64,000 nt of DNA, taken from NCBI RefSeq assembly GCF_009914755.1, contig NC_060926.1. One strand, written 5' to 3'. Both the position numbers and the translations under genes were made by a program. The DNA comes from the human T2T-CHM13v2.0 reference genome, Homo sapiens. Below the pieces are notes generated by a model that worked only from the letters and a program-made list of their open reading frames with translations, was not told the DNA's origin and searched no databases. Of this stretch, positions 1 through 16,414 are shown in pieces (the first letter of the stretch is position 1; each line of letters opens with the position of its first letter).

Positions 1-2254
1 TTGAAATGGTCTTGCTGCTCCCCTCATCATACCCTTCAAGGCCCAGCTTGAGCCACCGCCCATCCCTGGAGGAAGCCTCCTCTTCCACTCCCACCCTGCA
101 GGGATCTCCCCCTCCTCTGGGCTCCTGGCCCCCTTGCAGAGGGTCTCCGTCTCCTGCCCTCCTCAACTAAAGTGTGAGCTTATGAGAGTGGGGCAAGCTT
201 ATTTAATAGTTGCTATGTGTCACCCAAACTGTCTAGCATATAACAATCATTTCTGAATCACACTCAGACTTGCACTGTGATTAGGTTCTATAGCCACTCT
301 TTTGCTTGCCCTAATATGAACCCTGTAAGGGATTCATTAGATGCATTTTTCCAAAGAAGAAAGAAGCTCAGAGATATTAAGTTATTTTTCTCGGCCAAAA
401 CTTAGGAAACAGCAGAGCCAGGATTCAAACTAATGTCTTCTGGTTCCTAGTTCACAGCTTCTTTCACTCCACAAGGCAACTTCCCCTAGAAAGTATTAAC
501 CAAAACTTACGACATTAGAATTCTTCTCCAAAGGAGAAATGTCTTTGTTTAGAAACACACATGGATGGACAAGTCTGAATTTGGATCCCCTTGGTCAAGG
601 AGGCAGGAGGAAGGGAGACCAAAAGAAAACTGGACGTTCTTGCAGAAGACACTGAAGGGAATTTTCAGTTGTGTGTGGCCTCCCAAAATGGTGACTGTCC
701 TTTGTAAGAGGTAGGGAGGCATTAGACATAAATATGATCAGTGGAAAGTCCCCCAAGGAAGGTTTGGCAGATGGGTTTTTGAAGAACAGGAAGGTTTAAG
801 TGTTCTATATTAAGTTGATCATCTGTGTTGTTTGTATGTGATCTCCCCCTACTCCCAGCCCAGCAGTTTAAGAAAATTTCAATACACACAGCTGTCTCAA
901 GAGTTCAACATTGAGGAAATCAGGGAAAAGTGGTGATGTTCTATTTTGGATCAGTGGGTAGGAGAGAAGAGAATGATTGGAGTGGGAAGAGCAGGGGAGG
1001 GAGAGCTATTCAAGAGCCCAGCAAAGAGGAGGTTCAGAAGGACAAAGAGATGAAAATGAGATGCCCTGGGAATTGTTAGGCCCTGGGAATTTGCAGATGT
1101 CTTGGGGTGAACATTGAACCTCCCTAGGATGAGGACTAGAGGTTAAAGTCAATTTTGTTTAGATTCCAAAGACATTTGATTGTCAATACATTGACAGTCA
1201 CCCTCTCTACATTTTCTGAATGAAGAGCTGTGGGTGGATGATAAAGGGAATATAGTGTTTTAGGAAATAAATGGAATCTTTCAGTTTCCCAAAGGCCTTT
1301 TGTATTTGGGGGAGGGAGAGTGTCAGACAGCTGAGGATTTCTTGGTGATGACAGGAGAATTATCTGCTGCAGAGGAAACTGGATGGCATTTAAAATGCAT
1401 GGACTTTATCTGCAGGGCAGGGCTATGGAAGCACTCCATGCCTCTTAGCGAACTCTAGGCTTCTGCCTCCTTTAAAAAAATGTTCCCAGTTACAAAAGCA
1501 AGGTGACAATGCACACGTCACAATCTCTCAGACAAAACCCAATTAACTTCTCATTTGGCTGCTCATCTGAACAGCATAAATGTAAAGGTGACGGAGTGAA
1601 CAGGTGAGAGCCAAAACACAATTTTGGGGCCCAGGTGATGATCAGCAGAGCCCACAGTGCACTGACTCTGCACGTGACCCTGTACCTGTCTTGGCCCAAC
1701 AGAAACATCGAATTTAGATCCTGCATCCGCTCACAAGGGCCCTGACAAGCAAAGAACTGCAGGTCTGTTCATTGTAGGGGGAGTGATTCCTGGTGCCTCC
1801 CTGTCCCCTCATCCTCAGAAGCTGAAGTGTGAGTCTTGGTGATTTACACCGCAAGCATCAGGCACATCTGAGGGATTTGCAGTAGACATTGAATTGTGGA
1901 TCTAAGTCAAGGACTGAAACACGGTCTCCCTTCAGCAACTGATGTAACTAGACCAGTGAGTTCTCATTCCCTTTGAGACTAATCATGCTGCTGGTTCCAC
2001 TGCCCTCGCTGCTGCCATTGTTGTCACTGCAACTATTTACCACTAATTGCTGATGACAGGCCAGGTACGGTGTCTATGGGCTTTCACTTGCTATCTCATT
2101 TAATCCTCATCAAAACCCTATGAGATAAGCACGGTCACTGCTTCAATTATATATGTGAGAAAGCAGATTCAGAAACTTAAGTGACTCATTTCCCATCTGA
2201 GTGGATTGTTCAGGAAAATAAAAGGAAATTGGCACACAACTTGAGAGGAAGGTT

Positions 2255-2460
2255 TGGATAGTGGCTAACAGTAAGGGTATTATCATCAGCGAATCTGAGT
2301 TTGAAGCCTGGCTCTGCAATTTGCTGGCTGTGTGAGCTCGGTCAAGTTACTCAAATTCTCTGAGGCTCAGTTTCTCCATCTGTAAAATGAGGATGACAGT
2401 GCCTATTCCAGTCCTACTGCATTGCAAGTGATTAAGAAATGTCATCCAATTTTATTATTA
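2255..2460 (+). mobile_element. MIR (representative; further MIR remnants near 310-475, 2030-2190, 22285-22430, 30455-30625, 33740-33940, 34450-34670, 44880-45115, 50140-50370, 51790-52070, 54900-55110, 56820-57045, 57400-58010)
   Basis: MIR core gctgtgtgagctcggtcaagttact..tctctgaggctcagtttctccatctgtaaaatg. Confidence 0.8.
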
Positions 2461-2764
2461 TTAAATAATGGCATTTTTTTTTCTCTGCTCATGAATCAAA
2501 AAGGCTTCTCATATGCTCCTTACAGGGTAAAATGGTTTGTAAGGTAAGATTTCTTTGAAAGATTTAAATCTTTGAGCAGAAAGGAGCTCTGGAAGGGCAT
2601 TCCCTTTCCAGGTTTGGGGAAGTGGTGGTAAATGTAAAATGGTCTGGCCTCAGTCTCACCGTTTCTGTGTTTTAATTTCTGCTTTTATGACCAGTGTTGT
2701 TACTTCATAGTACAACTGAGACTCAGTGGAGTTTACAAAAGGAACATTAATAACGCCTATATCC

Positions 2765-3230
2765 ACAATCTATGGCTGCACTAAAAATACTCCAAATTTT
2801 GGCTTTAAAACATAAATTATTTATTGCTGCTTAGGGTGTTGTGGTCTCTCCTGGGCTCACCTCTATGATGACAGATGATGAATCGAATGCTGGATTGTCT
2901 AAGATGACCTCACTCACATGTGTGGCAGGGGGTGCTGGCTGTCCCTATCAGCACAAAGACCAGCCTGGGCTCCTTGGTCCTTGTCCACATAGCTTTTCAT
3001 CTTCCAGGGGGCTAGAAGCTTCCTTACAGCAGAGCTAGCTCAAAGCAGAACCCCAAGAGGACATGCCCCAGTGCACAAGCACGTATTAACCTCTGCTTGA
3101 GTCAAGTTTGTTCATGGCCCTTGGGCCAAATCGAGTCACATGGCTGGCTCAATATCACACAGCAGAGGAATTAGATTCCACCTTTTGATGGGAGAAGTGG
3201 TAGAGATTGTGGCCATTTTTAATCCACCAT
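2765..3230 (-). mobile_element. Old MLT1-type MaLR LTR
   Basis: Motifs aagatgacctcactcacatg, ggccaaatcgagtcacatggc, gattccaccttttgatgggagaagtgg. Confidence 0.65.
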
Positions 3231-3879
3231 GATCACACACCAAAAAAAAAAAAAACCCAGAAAGGATTAAGAGAAGGCACCTGGATGATAAAAGGATAAA
3301 AAGAACTCAACTTGCAAAGCATGGATTTGTAGTTTCCCTTGGGTCAAAAAGCTTTCAGGCCTGGCCCCATCCTGCATCCTGTCAGGGTGAAGCAGCACCC
3401 ACTAGCTCCCGGCAGGTACACTTGGTAGGTGTCTTCTTGTCCCCTTCCTTTGTTTCCTGGTAGGTTTCTAAGGCATCATCTTACATCCTCTCCTTTGGGA
3501 GCTGGCTATTGTACATCTCTATTCCCTAGACCCTTTCTAGCAGATGCTCTTATTTCTATAGCTACCTCTCCCGTGCCTTCCCCCGACTCCTCCTTCTCAG
3601 CCCAATAACCAGGGCCAGACCTTCTTCCAGGGCTGAGAACATGATATAATTAATCTATTATTGCTATGGTATAACTGTTGCTGATTGAAATTGTAATACA
3701 TACAATGATTACCTTTTGTTAATCAGCTTAACATTTTTGAGATTACCTTATAGCTTTATTTAATAGAGAAATATAAGTATTCCTTATGGAAATAGCTTAG
3801 TATATTTATTAATGTCTAACATGCCTTTTAAGTTAAATTATGAACTAGATATATTTCCAAATCTCTCTCCTTATATTTA

Positions 3880-4240
3880 TATAAATATTAATATATTTGT
3901 CATATGTATCATAAGTATTCCATATCTTAAATGTCCGATTAATATTCTATTTGTGTGGTTGTGCTAAAATATATTTAGCCATTCTGATGATGAATACTTA
4001 GGTTATTGCCATTTTGCTACTCAAATAAATCATGTTGCAATGAATACCTTTTCACATATTAATATACTTTTTATGATTATTTACTTAGGGTGGATTCCTA
4101 GGGGACTCCTAAACCAAAGGATATATGCAGTCAATAAAACTCATTTTATCAGTTTGCCCATCAAATAATTTTATGAATTTATATTCACAATAATTGTGTA
4201 TAAGAAAAAGATACCCCTTTCCTCCCATCTTTCATGTAAT
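3880..4240 (-). mobile_element. Old L1M(E) fragment
   Basis: Antisense L1 ORF2-end/3'UTR-like text (tgatgatgaatacttaggtt, tgcaatgaatacct, ttagggtggattcctagg). Confidence 0.6.
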
Positions 4241-5644
4241 TTTCTCCAAAAACCCAAGTTATTTTTCTTTTTTTTTAAAAAAAAAAAAAAACACACACAC
4301 AAGAAGTGAAGAGAGCTAAGAGTTAAATATTTCTAACCCAAGGAATGGGCAAGTCTAAATTAAACAACTAAATTACTAGAGAAGCTACAAAAATCCCTGG
4401 TGTGAATGTCCCAGCCCAGGACTCCCTAAAGCCAGGAAGGGAGAAAAAAAGTCTCAAAAGTGGCAGAAGGAAAAGCCCAGTCTCCTGTTCTGTCCAGCCT
4501 GGCAGCCTGTTCCCGAAGGTTGGTCTCCACAGACGGGCCCCTATGCCAGACTCTGCTGACATCCACCACTACCAAAGGATCCACTTCAGAGGCCAGACAT
4601 TTTCCAAAGCCAGCTCCAACCTTGGTTGTCCTGTTAAGACAACCTGGTTTCCAGTGTGAAGCTATCATTTCCCCTCAGACCTGATCATTGCTTCAGACTT
4701 TGGGGTTGATATAACCTGTCAAGGAAAAAGTGTTTGTCGTTAGAGAGGCTGAACAGAAATATTCCAGGGCCTACCATGGATGCAACTTTTTCTTCAACTC
4801 AAAATTCCAGACTCACTCTCATTGACTCATTGCTTTTTCCAGTGACAGCCCCCAGTGACAGAACTCTGTAACAGAAAATAGTCAAAGGTATTTTGCCATT
4901 TGGCAACTGCTTCTAAATAGTACTAGAAAAGGGCTTTTTATCTCTTTGTTATGCTTTAAGTGTCCTGATTAATGTTTGAAATAACTCCAGGGATTATTAT
5001 GTGAAAGTTTTCCCAGGGCTTTGCCTGGGATCTTAATTCCAGGGGAATGTACACATGTGGGATGTGGGGTTTGGAGCCTTTTGGAGTGGATATTTCAGAG
5101 CTCCCACCATTTTCTCTTCTAGAGTAGCATGGAAGCAGCCAGCTAGCTCAAGCCTCCCTTTTCCTCAAAGGGCCTTTTCACATTCTAAATATTGAAGTGA
5201 ATCCTTGCTATAATAATCTTTTACTTCTTCATATCTGAATGTAAAAGTTTTATGGCTTTTCTTTTATGTTATTCATCCATGTCAGAGAAGGTGGTGTCCT
5301 TAAAAATAAATCTTCTAGTTCAAATTCCTCATTTGCAAAAACTGCAGCCCAGAGAGGGAATATGAGTCGCCTAAGCTCACATATATCTTGTTGGTACCAG
5401 GCCCTGGATAAAAGTCTGGGCCTTCAGGCTTGTGGTAAGAACCACTTCCTCTGCCTCTTTTTAGAAGCTCTTTGGTGAATACATTTTTGAACCTATTGCT
5501 AAATAGTCATTAGGCACCAGTCACAGTGCCTAACACTTCACAGTCACCACATCAAATCCTCACGGCAGTTCTATCAGTACTATTATCTTAATTTTACAGG
5601 TAAGGGAAATGGTTTTGGAGATGTTTTTAAGTCACCTAATATAA

Positions 5645-6230
5645 TGTATTAGTTTTCTATGGCTGCTATAAAAAATTGCCACAAACTTAGTGCTTAAACA
5701 AGATGTATTAGCTTACAGTCTTATAGCTTGTAAGCCCAAAATTGGTTTAATTGGGTTAAATCAAGGAGTTAGCAGCATTGTGTGCCCTTTCTGTTGGTAC
5801 TGTGAGATAGTCTGTTTTTCATGTTTCTAGCTTTACTGGCTGCCCACATTCCTTGGCTTGTGACCCTTTTGTCCATCTTCAAAGCCTGCAGCTGCCTGCT
5901 GCATTCTTACCTTGCATCTCTCTGACCCTTCCTCTATTATCTTATCTCTGTCCACAGCTGGGAACGGTTCTCTGCTTTTAAGGACTCAATGTGACTAGCT
6001 GGGCTCACCCAGATAATCTCCCTATCCTCAAGGTTTATCATCCTAATTACAGTTGCAAATTCCCTTTTGCCACGTAAGGTAACATATCACAGGTTAGGAT
6101 GGACATATTTGAGAAGGTCTTTATTCTGTTTTCTAAGTCCACCCTCTGGATTCCTAAAAATCCACATCTGTCACACATGCAAAATACATTTTTCCTATCC
6201 CAAGGTCTCTAAAAGTCTCAGCCCATAACA
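5645..6230 (-). mobile_element. MLT1C/D-like LTR plus short internal remnant
   Basis: tgtattagttttctatggctgctataa terminus; cccacattccttggcttgtg; cccttttgccacgtaaggtaacat; MLT1-int motif cacatgcaaaatacatt. Confidence 0.78.
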
Positions 6231-6964
6231 TGAAATCAGCTAGTAGGTCAATGAAATATAGACCATTTAACCACCAGTCAACTGCACATTGTACAATTTT
6301 GCTTTAATTTCGAGTGTGCGATTCTCTTTCTGATTTGCATGAGCTCTTCAAGTCACAGAATATTAGACTATAAGCTCCATGAAGGTAGGAAAGGTGTTTT
6401 ATTCTTTTATTTATTCTACCCCGATGCCTATCACATGGCAAGCACTCAAATATTTATTAAGCGAATAGATTTTGGAAAAAAAAACCCAAGCATCTCAGTA
6501 AACCAATGGCATAAGCAGTGAATAGAGGCAAATAAAGTTATTACAAAAATATACTTTTCCTATTCCAAAAAGCCTTCTATTCTTCTCAGTGTTTTTCAGA
6601 GGTCCTTGAAACAGGTTACAAACATCACCAGAGCCCAGGTTTCTTCCAGGTAAATTTATTAAACTGCTCACAGTCCATCTGGGTTTTAATTACTAGTAAA
6701 TGTCTTTTCAGGCATTGCAATTCCTGCCAATATTGACTCCCAGCCCATGGATTCTGTTTTAGGTTTAAATGTAACCATTAAACTTAGATTGCCAAATATT
6801 TGTTATTCTCAACATATTTAGGTACTAGGTGCAAGCATCCTGATATATTTGTAGATGGAATGCTCTCCTGCAGTATTTTTCTAACATTCCTTCCCAAAAT
6901 GACTGAGCCAACAGAACCTGAAAGAAGAGTATCATTTTCTCAATAAAGGTATTTAATAATAGCT

Positions 6965-7180
6965 TGCTTTAGATTAGTAGTATCCAGAGATGGGAGTGAA
7001 AATAGGGATTAACTATAGATGTGTACAAACGATTTTATGGAGATACAAAAATGTTCAAAAACTGGATTTTAGTTATGGTTGTATAATGGAATAATTTCTC
7101 CAAAAATTATTGAATTGTACCTTTAAAAAAGGTGAATGTTAATGATATGTAAATTATATCTCCATACATGCATTAAAAAA
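6965..7180 (+). mobile_element. Old L1M (L1MB/MC-like) 3' end; its A-rich tail is the L1PA target site
   Basis: ...aaaactggattttagttatggttg...gaattgtacctttaaa...ggtgaat...atgtaaattatatctc is typical of L1M 3' ends. Confidence 0.7.
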
Positions 7181-7183
7181 TAA

Positions 7184-9317
<2,134 letters not shown>

Positions 9318-10234
9318 TCATTTATACTCTTAAAAATAACTTGGATTGATGAGAAGAACCCTAGCATTAAAAAATAATAATAATTTGCCTATCTACTCAG
9401 AAGCACTTTCCACATGCTTTATGCTAAACATAATTATTTTTTACAGGGGCATTGTCTAAATGCATCCCTTAAGGTAAAAAGAGCTAACATTCTTCAATGA
9501 TATCTTTGCCTGTTAATACACGGGCTGAGCATAGTCACACTAGTTGTTTCAGAAGCAAGCAGGCCAGGCTTGTTTGCCTTATTCTTCCCAAACAATTTAA
9601 GAACAAATAGAAGTTTATTCTTAATCTTTACATAATTCTGATATTTGGTTTAATTCATCTGAGTAATTATCTCAATATAATTGAAACTATACATTTTTAA
9701 TGTCCTGCAATTCATTTAGAAGTAGTAATTCAATCCCCAATCAGAGTACTGTTAAAAGAGACAAGTCAGTTTCTCATGGCACATAAAGCTTAATATGCTG
9801 GTGTATACCTAGTAGCTTGGAAAACAACGTGAGAAAAACTAAACAGTTGCCAGCTTTTTAGCATTTTTGGACTTAAACTTCAATTATATAAATGCATTTC
9901 TGGATAAGTTTATGCAAAACCAAATATAGATACACGTACACTGATGCAAAATAAAGATTCTTTAAAGAGTTACTGGGTTTAAAATAATAAAACTTCATTT
10001 TGAAATTGTATAAATAATTCATATGCTTCGTGGAGGGTTCCATATTCCTTAGACAAAGACTTGGACGAGCCATCTCATCCTCAGAGCACATGGCACGATG
10101 TTAGACTCTCAGGCTTGATTCCCATTTGAACCAAAGAGGCAGGCTGTGACCTTTGGCTTCCTTCCTTGTTCCTTGTTCCCTGGTATGTGTTTCTGTCCCA
10201 CAAGGATCACTGGCTGCTAGTGGTTATAAAGTGT

Positions 10235-10327
10235 AAATTTCAAGTCTATTGAGTCAGAAATCTCTAAGGTGGGATTCTGGGAATTTGCATTTGTAACAAG
10301 AGTTACAGGTGATTACAATGCACATTG
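10235..10327. mobile_element. Truncated MER5 (hAT-Charlie MITE) abutting the LTR stub
   Basis: gagtcagaaatctct...gggaatttgcatttgtaacaag...caggtgatt matches MER5; terminal repeat next to the provirus is missing. Confidence 0.7.
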
Positions 10328-10344
10328 ATGCATTATTTCCTTCA
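10328..10344 (-). mobile_element. 17-bp stub of the 3' LTR
   Basis: TGAAGGAAATAATGCAT matches the 5' LTR start TGAAGGAAATAATGTAT (16991-17007) at 16/17 and follows the PPT directly. Confidence 0.88.
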
Positions 10345-10366
10345 ATTCCCTCCTCTTTTTCTTTTT
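10345..10366 (-). promoter_or_regulatory. Polypurine tract
   Basis: AAAAAGAAAAAGAGGAGGGAAT immediately before the TGAAGG LTR start. Confidence 0.88.
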
Positions 10367-10369
10367 ACT

Positions 10370-12348
10370 CCTATTGGTCCCATTTCCACATGTATTTTTG
10401 TGTCCTTTGGTCCTTAATTGTTTTAAGAGCTGTTGACTCTCTTCATTATAAGACAGTAGATCTGATTTGGTTTCTAATAATAGTTGATATGTTGTGGGCA
10501 TTTGTTTGTCGATGGCTATTTCGATTAATTTTGGGGTTAACCCTCTAACACAGGGGATAATGCAACACCCTACAGCTGTTAGGACTCCAGCCACTATTAT
10601 TAAGGGACATTAGAATGGAGGCTACCATTCCTTTCCATTTCCCGAACCAACTCTTTAGCCAATTAGTAAATGGGTTATTCTGGTATTTTCCACTAATTCA
10701 TTGGCTAAAGTTGTTAACCTTTACAACATCTTTGTGATGGCTCCATCCGGAGCAGTATTGTTAGGAATGAAAGTGCAACACTTTCCATCCAGCGTGACAC
10801 ATACTCCCCCTTTCTCTGCTAAGATCATGTCTAGTGCAAATTGTTACCTTAGGCCATTCAGCTGGTGGCATCTAACTGGCTAGCCACTCCTTTGAAAACA
10901 TTTCGAGTATAATTGATGAATCTTTGTTGATTATAATAGATGTAATTAATCCAATCCACATTTTTGTTAATAGTTGACCACCAGAAGAGTGCTGATGCAA
11001 ACCCAGCAGCTATTTTGTTTGGGGCCTTAAATTCATTAGGTACTCCACTAGGGGTTTCTACTGAGTCAATATAAATGCTGGGATTAAATGAATTTGTTAG
11101 ATCTCTCTGACTTTGGTAGCCATGTGGATTTTGGGGGATTTCATGGAATGCCAGGGTGAATGGAATGGCCAATTGAAGTAAGGTACAAGTCCCAGTCCAA
11201 TTGGACAGTAATAGGTCACAGAGATTCCTTTTTCCATAATACCACCAGACATCAGCCCAGGGTATATAAAGAGCTGAGTAGTTGCCTTTGTTTGACTCAC
11301 CAGTAACATTTGGGATGTGGGTACAAGTAGAGAGTTCTCCAACTGGCTTATTGAACTCTGCCTCCTGCCTAGAGTGGCAAGAGGAGTGGTTTATATTTCC
11401 TATGGAGAATGAGGGGATTGCTCTTGGGTTTCATCTCTGCAAGGCAGGAAAGAGCAATGATAGACTTTGGCAAATCTTATTTCCCCATGCATCCCTGTTC
11501 TGGTATAGAGCCAACATGTAACACATTCCCTCGGGATTGGTATCCCATCCTAGGGGAAATGGAATCACCTGTGCCTGAGGCTGTCCAGCAGAGCATGCGT
11601 AGCCGTTGCTTCAATTAAGAGCTAGTACTGAAAATTTGACCCATTTAACCCAGGCATCTATATCCCCATATCCAGTCTCAATTTCTGAAGTCTGCCTCAA
11701 GCCAGTTACCTTAATTATTTTTATTCTCTTAAGGTTATTGTCTGGTGGGTTAAAGGAAGTAGTAGGACTGGGAGTTATAGGTGGCTCTAGTGGATTTGAG
11801 GTTCCTGGGTGGGCTCGGGGTGGAGTTAGTGACTAGCCTGAAAGCTAACTGCGTCACAGGATCGCTTCCTGAGATATCTATTCCTCATCTATACCTCCAA
11901 GGTTCCTGGTCTAGAGTAGCTAGGTTGTTTATGGTAATTAATATAGGATTGCATTATAAAGTTTTACAGTTGAGCAGTGTGGGGCCCTTATACAAATGTA
12001 TTTTATTCTTTAAGGGTTTGTTTTTGGCAGAATGTCTCACCCAGCCTCGAAACTGGGTGGTCCACCACACCTCATTCCAGCTGGCAGAGGGCTTTCCCCA
12101 GTAGCAAGCTGTTTCAGGACATAGATATTTGTTTGCTTGGGAGAGCTGCCTTTGGTTCCCTAAGTCCCTAAGGCTTGGCAGGCGTCGAACTTTATGGTTT
12201 GGGGGATGGAGGTTCTAGGTATGTTGACTGTTAGTTTGACTGGATATTGTTCTTTCACCAGGCTTCATCCAATAATTGTGCACCCTCTCATCCCTGGTAG
12301 TAGGATTAATTCTAACCACATCCACCCCCAATGACAGAGCCTGCTTAT
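10370..12348 (-). pseudogene. env: ERV env, disrupted (HERV-I/envP(b)-like class)
   Basis: Signal-like start (ATA in place of ATG) then TIKFDAC; ORF 10858-11172 with FWWSTINKNVDWINYIYYNQQRF; LDMILAEKGGV followed by CVTLDGKCC (CX6CC, 10775-10801); TM/tail VGCCIIPCVRGL; several stops. Confidence 0.9.
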
Positions 12349-12357
12349 AGCTTCCTT

Positions 12358-14410
<2,053 letters not shown>

Positions 14411-15954
14411 CTATTCTTCATCAAAGGTCATAAGGGGGATCACCTCTTCCTTTTTCCACTCTGGACATTCCCTCTTAAAATGTCCTGGCTTCTCACATTT
14501 GTAACATCCACTTACAGTGTTAGGATATTTTCCCTGCATTTTCCTCCTGTCTCTGCTGAGACCTAGTATTCCCTTGTTTCCTCCAAGAGGGGTCCTTGTT
14601 TAATCTCTGTCTACTTCTTCTACAGTGGAAACCATGATCTTTGGCTTTTGTTTCTGTCTCTCTTCCTCGCTTCTTACAAAAACCTTCTGAGCTTCCCTCA
14701 GTAATTCCTCAATCGGTTTTTCATTAAATCCATTAATCTTTTGCAGTTTCTTAGTAATATAAGGCCAGCTTTTAGTCACAAAATTAACCTTTAAAAGGCC
14801 TTGCCATACTGGGTCCTCTGGATTTAATCCTGAATATTTTCTCATTTGATCCCTGAGCCTCTGCAGAAACACAGAGGGAGTCTCCTCTTTTTCTTGTTGG
14901 ATCTTGAATACTTTTGATACATTCTGTGTCCTAGGAGTGGACTTTTTAATCCCTTTAATTATTAGCTCCCTAAGGTCTTGCATTTGGACCCAGTCCCTGG
15001 GGTTATTATTATTGCATCCAGGATTCGCATTTGGGATTTTCTGATCATCTGGCAGGACTCCTTGCCCAGGAGAATGCTGTCTTTCTCAAATGGTCATGGC
15101 TGCCCTTCTAATCATTCCCCAATCTTCCCCAGTAAGCAGAATACTTATGATTGACATCATTTCAGCCCATGTATAAAAAGTGGTTCCTAAAAATTGATCT
15201 AGCTGCTTTGCTAAACTGTGGGGGATCTTCCAAGAGTGGCCTTACTTCCTTTTTGAAATTCCTAACCTCAGTAATTGTTAAAGGCACACTTACAAATCCA
15301 GCTCCTCCCTGTCCCACGGGGACTTCTCTAAGAGGTACATGTTAGACATCTGCTGTTTAGAAGGAATAGGGAAATTCTCAATGTCCTTCTTACATTGTTT
15401 TAATTTTTTCCTTAAGTTTGGATAACGATTTAAGGGAGCATTGGGTTTAGCTCCTTCATGACCCCCAGATTTCTCTTCCTCTGGCCTTCCTGTTGCCCCC
15501 TGATCTCCCTGTCCTCTACTTTCTGAGATGTATGTCTGGGAGGAGCATGTTAGGGGATCCTAGGGCTTTTCATGGGGTGAGGGTTCTCTGCTATGTTCTT
15601 CTTCTTCCTCTTTAAGGGGGAACATGGGGATTAATTCACTAATCCAACAAAGATCATAACCCATCTCCTCTCATGAGGATGGGGTTTTATCATTTACATA
15701 ATCAAAGCTTGGCACACCCAATCTTCATCTGAGCCAAATGTAGGCCAAAAGACCAAAGGCTGATAAATGGGCTCTTTGGGCCAGATAAAACAGTAATACT
15801 TTATTATTTTTTCCTTTTCCTTGTCCCTACTTCTAGGGTTATCCCTCCAAACCTGTGGCATTCTTCCCAATGGAATATCTAGGGGAATGTCAGAGGGGGT
15901 CTCTTTAGTTCCCTCTTTCCTTTGTTCCCTAGGCCTAGAATTCTTGTTTCCCAC
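14411..15954 (-). pseudogene. gag: ERV gag, disrupted
   Basis: MGNKNSRP start (myristoylation-type Gly2); MHR-like IQQEKEETPSVFLQRLRDQMRKY in ORF 14600-14983; zinc knuckle CYKCEKPGHFKREC at 14465-14506; ends MTFDEE* at TAG 14411-14413; internal stops and frameshifts. Confidence 0.93.
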
Positions 15955-16393
15955 TTTTGGTTAGTCTGTGTGTCTGAGCTTTTCCCTGTGTACTCAGCCC
16001 CCACTACTGGAGGTTTCTTGCACACCCTGAGAATCGCTTCATCCATCTCCGGCCATTTCCCTCGCGCAGAACGGAACCGTGGGTTAGGACTCTGCACTCA
16101 CTTTGTATCTTAAGATACATTTCAGTCACACACACTTGACCTCCAAAAATGCCCAACCACCAAGGCAGGACTTATAGTCCACTGTTCCTAACTTGGCTCA
16201 TGCATGAGGTTGCCTGGTTGCCACAGTGCCTGCTTTTCTCTGTGTGTCACTTTTGCTGCCTCCTGAATAACAGTCTTGGGTTTGTCTATGGCTTCTATGG
16301 GGTGCAGGGACACCGGGACAGTGCGGGCCACCTAAATCAAGTGGGATGTGTCTCCTCTCTCAGCCAGAGTCTTACTCCACACAGGTGCAGAGA

Positions 16394-16411
16394 TCCCTGC
16401 ATGGGCCACCA
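16394..16411 (-). promoter_or_regulatory. Primer binding site, tRNA-Ile(AAT) type
   Basis: TGGTGGCCCATGCAGGGA vs complement of tRNA-Ile 3' end TGGTGGCCCGTACGGGGA (15/18; two mismatches are CpG decay). Confidence 0.88.
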
Positions 16412-16414
16412 GGT

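Noticed and set aside
1178-1199. Short palindrome GATTGTCAAT-ac-ATTGACAGTC
   Set aside because: An imperfect 10-bp stem is expected by chance in 64 kb
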